Shown here: positions 60,150 through 64,000 of the stretch, one piece after another
How the letters are laid out: each line of letters begins with the position of its first letter
Numbering within the stretch: position 1 is the stretch's first letter
Sequence record: PX418213.1
Reading direction: 5' to 3' (one strand)
Source of the DNA: a phage
DNA: 64,000 nucleotides
The notes under the pieces: generated by a model
Told to the model about the DNA's origin: nothing
Seen by the model: only the letters and a program-made list of their open reading frames with translations
The model's database searches: none
Program-made: the position numbers and the translations under genes

Positions 60150-61136
60150 ATGAGGCTATATAAACCAGATAACGCAACCGTCTTAAAAGGTGCGCTGCGT
60201 AACCTGCTGGACGGTAGCAGAACAACCAGCATTAAGCATTTTGTTTTCAATATTGAAACTATTCATCAAAACTTTTTTGATGATTATGATGCTTATAATA
60301 TGAATAGTTTTCTACCGTTATATAAGCAAGGGGCAACGCTTGTTTTATATAATCAGGATTATCAATTACTTACTAGTCGGGGGCCGGATACTGATTTCAT
60401 AATAGTAAAAGGCAACACAGTAAAAGCCTATGATACTGGGGCGGGCCTAGAAGTTTTTTCAATAGAAAACTATGAGGCCAATGATAATGATCTTTATGAC
60501 GTAGAAAATTTTCTCGATTCATTTTGGCGTTATTTATCAGTTGGCTGGAATCGGTCGGATTCTGATGGGTATCGTTTTGCGGCTATAATGGCCTTTGATG
60601 ATAACGGTAATTTTTTGCTACCGTCGGAGTTATATAATCGGGTATATGAAGGCGATATTGTTGACGCCGGATTTTCTTTCGAAAGGGAAGAAAGTATTGG
60701 CAATATAGAAAAACATGTTGTAAATTCTAACACTAAAAACGTTCACACTCAAACTACTGAAAACAAAGGAAAAAATACCATGACCAAGATTGCTAACATC
60801 GTTGCCGCTAATAAATCCGCCGTTGTAAACGCTGCAAAACTGGAAGCGGGTAAAATTGCACTAACTCAAATCACGAAAGTAGCGGCTAAAAAAGCACCGT
60901 TCATGATCAGAGGCTATATTGATACGCCGATTGGTCGCGTAGTGATCGCTAACCTGCTGAGTGTAGCGGTTGACCAGTACGCCCCGAGTAACCAGAAAGC
61001 GAAAGCGGTAGCAAGCGCGGCAATGGAAGCGGCTATGTTAGAAATGGTGCAATCTTTTAACATCGCTGAGATGATCGATGAAATGGTAAAAGGTATCGAT
61101 ATTTCTACTTTTACCAATAACACCGAAAACGAGTAA
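60150..61136 (+). CDS. hypothetical protein (328 aa; possibly two fused domains or genes)
   Basis: ORF track; internal ATG at about 60780 preceded by AAGGAAAA starts an Ala/Val-rich C-terminal part. Confidence 0.4.
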   Translation: MRLYKPDNATVLKGALRNLLDGSRTTSIKHFVFNIETIHQNFFDDYDAYNMNSFLPLYKQGATLVLYNQDYQLLTSRGPDTDFIIVKGNTVKAYDTGAGLEVFSIENYEANDNDLYDVENFLDSFWRYLSVGWNRSDSDGYRFAAIMAFDDNGNFLLPSELYNRVYEGDIVDAGFSFEREESIGNIEKHVVNSNTKNVHTQTTENKGKNTMTKIANIVAANKSAVVNAAKLEAGKIALTQITKVAAKKAPFMIRGYIDTPIGRVVIANLLSVAVDQYAPSNQKAKAVASAAMEAAMLEMVQSFNIAEMIDEMVKGIDISTFTNNTENE

Positions 61137-61253
61137 TAAATAATCTAATGTAAAGTTTTGTAAAGGTCGCCTTTTATGGTGGCCTTTTTTGTTATAATGC
61201 CTTTACACCGTTCGAGGACGGTTGAAATTTTCCCAAAATTTTGGAGGCTTAAA

Positions 61254-61484
61254 ATGGTTGCTTTTTCTTCTGCTAGTCATCTTTTCACTGGAAAAGGCTG
61301 GGTATCAAATCGCTGGATCATTCAAGAAATGGTGCAAGAGTACGGCATCGCTAAAACTTATACTACCATACAGGCGCTTTATGATAATGATCAGATTGAT
61401 CAGCAAACGGCGGGCTTTTTACTGGATACCCTGAAGGCGGAGCACTGTACCAAAAAACAAGCGGCCAAAATTATTTTAATGTAA
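61254..61484 (+). CDS. hypothetical small protein (76 aa)
   Basis: ATG 61254 preceded by GGAGG; ORF track start 61176 overlaps the upstream intergenic region. Confidence 0.35.
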   Translation: MVAFSSASHLFTGKGWVSNRWIIQEMVQEYGIAKTYTTIQALYDNDQIDQQTAGFLLDTLKAEHCTKKQAAKIILM

Positions 61485-61492
61485 TCAATAAC

Positions 61493-61511
61493 GGGGGATA
61501 TAATATCCCCC
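61493..61511. other. perfect palindromic hairpin
   Basis: gggggatataatatccccc. Confidence 0.4.
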
Positions 61512-61533
61512 ACTAACTAGGGGAGTATTACAA

Positions 61534-61713
61534 ATGGTTATTTTTCGAGCTTTTTTAGCGGGTATCTTGGGCGCTATTCTTACTCTTTTTGCTACCGCTT
61601 ACGGTATCCAAGATTATTGCGGCTTAGTAGTCACAAAACCTATGGTTACTATTGGCGCGGGTATCGCTGTATTTTCTTATCTGCTGGGCTGCATGACTAG
61701 TAAAGGAGAATAA
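61534..61713 (+). CDS. small membrane protein (59 aa, absent from the ORF track)
   Basis: ATG preceded by GGGGAG; two hydrophobic segments (FLAGILGAILTLFATAY and VTIGAGIAVFSYLLG). Confidence 0.3.
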   Translation: MVIFRAFLAGILGAILTLFATAYGIQDYCGLVVTKPMVTIGAGIAVFSYLLGCMTSKGE

Positions 61714-61715
61714 AA

Positions 61716-61928
61716 ATGATCCGCAACGTTTCTCTTGCACGTTCGAAAGGCTTTGCGCTGGTGGATGCTAACACGTTCGAGCGTCCTGATTGTAAAATTG
61801 AATATGTAGCACGTAATAAAAATGCCTTTCGTGTTACTGAAAAGAAATTCGACAAGCGCGGCAACGTGATCCTTGAAACGGTCAGGCACTTTGCCACCTT
61901 TTACGCTGCGTTTCGTGGGGTACTATGA
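61716..61928 (+). CDS. hypothetical small protein (70 aa)
   Basis: ATG preceded by AAAGGAG. Confidence 0.45.
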   Translation: MIRNVSLARSKGFALVDANTFERPDCKIEYVARNKNAFRVTEKKFDKRGNVILETVRHFATFYAAFRGVL

Positions 61929-62056
61929 AAAGCGTTATTGTTGTTCTCCTTGCAATGGCTGGCGGTTTTATCGCCACCTTATTTAGGAATGACCCCGTTT
62001 CGCTGGGGATCTTTATGCTTTTATCTGGATACCTGATCGGGAGGTTATGCAAATGA
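61925..62056 (+). CDS. small membrane protein (43 aa, absent from the ORF track)
   Basis: ATGA overlap with the previous stop; hydrophobic MKSVIVVLLAMAGGFIATLF. Confidence 0.3.
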   Translation: MKSVIVVLLAMAGGFIATLFRNDPVSLGIFMLLSGYLIGRLCK

Positions 62057-62397
62057 TCATTTACGAGGGCAATCGTTTTGTTGCTAACTGCCGCCCGGCA
62101 TTGTTAGCAAACTATTTAAACCAGCTTTCGCCAGCTTATAAGGGCGTTATTAATATTTATGAGGGCAAGGCGCATTATAAAATCAATGCGGTCGTTGCCC
62201 GTGAACTAGCGTTTCAATTTTTAACCTTCGCATCTTGCGACGTTCAGGTAATGGGTGAGGCATTAATCGCAGAAAATGAGGATGATTTTATTAATATTTT
62301 TCGCAAGATATGCACCGAGCGCCTGATAATGAAAGGCGCGTATATTCAATCCACGGCTGATAGTATTGAAACAGCGTTTCGAAAGGTGGCGCAATGA
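62047..62397 (+). CDS. hypothetical protein (116 aa)
   Basis: ORF track; overlapping start and stop with neighbours. Confidence 0.4.
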   Translation: MQMIIYEGNRFVANCRPALLANYLNQLSPAYKGVINIYEGKAHYKINAVVARELAFQFLTFASCDVQVMGEALIAENEDDFINIFRKICTERLIMKGAYIQSTADSIETAFRKVAQ

Positions 62398-62609
62398 GTG
62401 AAATTACTTGGAATATGTTGCTGAAGGTTAAACGGGTAAAATTAACGCAGGATTTATGGGGAGTAGGTAAAACTGGGGATGTATTCACTGTGTTTAAAGA
62501 CGCCCATCATAGGTTTATAAGAAGGAATAACAATACCGGTACAGCGTTTTATTTAATTGATTTAATCAAATTACATGGTGAGGATATTTTCAAACTAGAA
62601 TATGAGTAA
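62394..62609 (+). CDS. hypothetical protein (71 aa)
   Basis: ORF track; ATGA overlap with the previous gene. Confidence 0.4.
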   Translation: MSEITWNMLLKVKRVKLTQDLWGVGKTGDVFTVFKDAHHRFIRRNNNTGTAFYLIDLIKLHGEDIFKLEYE

Positions 62610-62664
62610 CTATATAATTTTGGCGTATTGCAATGAGATAGCCAACTAATAACGGAGCGTTATT

Positions 62665-62859
62665 ATGAGCAATAAAATTGTTGTAACCAAAACTACTACG
62701 ATGGTAGACGTTTTTTACGTGCCCAATACGCCGGAGAATCGACAAGCGGTTGAGCGTGGGGAATATGATAAAGTGATCTATGATCACGATGGTTATTATC
62801 AGTATTTGGTGGATTCATACGGGGAGGAGGAAAAGATCACGCATCAACTACCTGACTAA
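62665..62859 (+). CDS. hypothetical protein (64 aa)
   Basis: ORF track; last gene of the plus-strand cassette. Confidence 0.4.
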   Translation: MSNKIVVTKTTTMVDVFYVPNTPENRQAVERGEYDKVIYDHDGYYQYLVDSYGEEEKITHQLPD

Positions 62860-63117
62860 TAATCACGGGGCGCAACTATCCGGGAGTGCCCCCAATTTTC
62901 AAACGATAATCATTCTCATTTGACCGCGCTCGCGATGGTTAGCCTGCTAATGGTTCGGGTGTTACGTGTCGCCTTGTGTGATCGTTAGCGTGCTAACTAA
63001 TTTTCAAGCCTCCTCCAATTTTGCCCTTGTTTTAGTATCTCCACCAAAATAAAACGCGTTAGAATGCGTTTGAGAGCGTTTTAGCGGTATATTAGAATTA
63101 TTCACTACATAGGAATA

Positions 63118-63157
63118 CTGTATATTTATACAGTAGGATAAGCTGTGGATAAGTCTG
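63118..63157. repeat. right arm of the 40-bp inverted repeat, with DnaA-box-like sites
   Basis: ctgtatatttatacagtaggataagctgtggataagtctg; further TGTGGATAA at 63207-63215. Confidence 0.7.
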
Positions 63158-63250
63158 TTAATAACGCCTCAAAATGGCTAGGATTCTGTCAAGTCAAATC
63201 GTGCTGTTAATAAGTCTGTGGATAACTTAAATAACAGTGTTTCTCACTTC

Positions 63251-63500
63251 CGTTCTTAAATGAGAATCATTATCATTTGCATTTCACTATCTAACTAATA
63301 ATCATTCCACTTTTTAAATGAGAATCGTTCCACTTCCTGAATAATTTTCGTTCCACTTTCTAAATGATAATCGTTATCATTTGCATTCCTCTTTCTAAAT
63401 GCGAATCATTCCACTTCTTAAATGAGAATCGTTTCACTTTTTAAATGAGAATTATTATCATTCTCATTCCGCTTTTTAAATGAGAATGATTCTTATTATC
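63251..63500. repeat. array of about seven direct repeats with a Fur-box-like palindromic core
   Basis: TTAAATGAGAATC(A/G)TT(A/C/T) units, for example 63256-63274 and 63360-63378; each matches the Fur consensus GATAATGATAATCATTATC at about 15 of 19 positions; an isolated copy at 62905-62920. Confidence 0.6.
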
Positions 63501-63510
63501 ATTCGTATTT

Positions 63511-63534
63511 AGCGCAGGGCAATTGCCCTGCGCT
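63511..63534. other. perfect 24-bp palindrome
   Basis: agcgcagggcaattgccctgcgct followed by TTTT; possible terminator or dimeric protein site. Confidence 0.5.
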
Positions 63535-63537
63535 TTT

Positions 63538-63760
63538 GTGCAAATCCGACATTGCTCCACGGGTGTTACGTGCGGGCGTGTATGTGCGAATCCGACAATT
63601 TTTGGTAGTGTGCAAATCCGACTCGAAAAATTTTTATAGTGTGCAAATCCGACAATGAATTTTTCTAGAAACTCCAGCAATCTCGAACTGCGCATCAATC
63701 CTGTGGAGTATGTGCAAATCCGACATGGTTTTTCTAGGATTAAGATGTGCGAATCCGACA
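63538..63760. repeat. six dispersed direct repeats of a 14-bp motif GTGC(A/G)AATCCGAC(A/T)
   Basis: Copies at 63538, 63584, 63609, 63641, 63712, 63747, spaced 25-71 bp, all in the same orientation. Confidence 0.7.
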
Positions 63761-64000
63761 AGATTTTTGTGACTTCGATGAGAGGGTGTGTGATTGTGTG
63801 AGTTTGAGGAGAAGTTGAGAGAGCGAGTGAAACTTGGGGGAACTGCGAGAGGGGCGCATGTTTGGTGCAGGGCACCTGATTTGCGGGGATTTTGGGGAAG
63901 AGTTGAGAAGATTTGGGTTAATTTGAGATTAGGGGAGATAAAGTAAAATTTTATTAGCAAAATGGGGCAAAATAGCTTGACAAGTGAAAATTTCTGTGGC

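Noticed and set aside
63251-63760. Possible CRISPR array
   Set aside because: Repeat units are 13-19 bp, AT-rich and irregularly spaced with near-identical spacers; this fits protein-binding iterons, not a CRISPR repeat-spacer structure.
63441-63960. Two overlapping minus-strand ORFs (144 and 108 aa) at the window end
   Set aside because: They run through the direct-repeat arrays and palindrome; repeat-driven open frames without start context.

Overview
This window reads as a contiguous ~64 kb stretch of a T5-like siphovirus genome (Tequintavirus type), assigned from sequence motifs, gene order and protein lengths only; no database search was run. Three blocks are visible. (1) 1-25.7 kb, plus strand: early genes with short overlaps, including a SIR2-like protein, a HAD phosphatase, an HNH endonuclease, a large helicase-domain protein, an NAD-dependent DNA ligase split into two ORFs, DnaB-like helicase, DnaG-like primase, family-A DNA polymerase, SF2 helicase, SbcD/SbcC-like nuclease, flap endonuclease and dUTPase. 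They are driven by several sigma70 promoters of the T5 N25 type; the one at 7350-7418 matches the canonical N25 promoter as far as I can recall it. (2) 25.7-53.0 kb, minus strand: the late morphogenesis module in the order terminase, homing-endonuclease-like genes, portal, decoration protein, prohead protease, major capsid protein, head and tail completion, tail tube, chaperones, tape measure, baseplate, L-shaped fibre, with a receptor-binding protein gene at the far end. (3) 53.0-64 kb: an llp-like lipoprotein, five translationally coupled small membrane-protein genes, then a visibly more GC-rich pre-early-type block (dmp-like HAD phosphatase, A1-like metallophosphatase, A2-like protein, small unknown ORFs) and a repeat-dense region with DnaA boxes, Fur-box-like repeats, a GTGCAAATCCGACA repeat family and 40-bp inverted repeats bracketing a 3.2 kb cassette. 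The most notable observations are a reading-frame break inside the major capsid gene, the Fur-box-like repeat array, the inverted-repeat-bracketed cassette, the small membrane-protein array, and the SIR2/HAD accessory cluster. No tRNA, rRNA or CRISPR array was found. Refined start codons are hypotheses.
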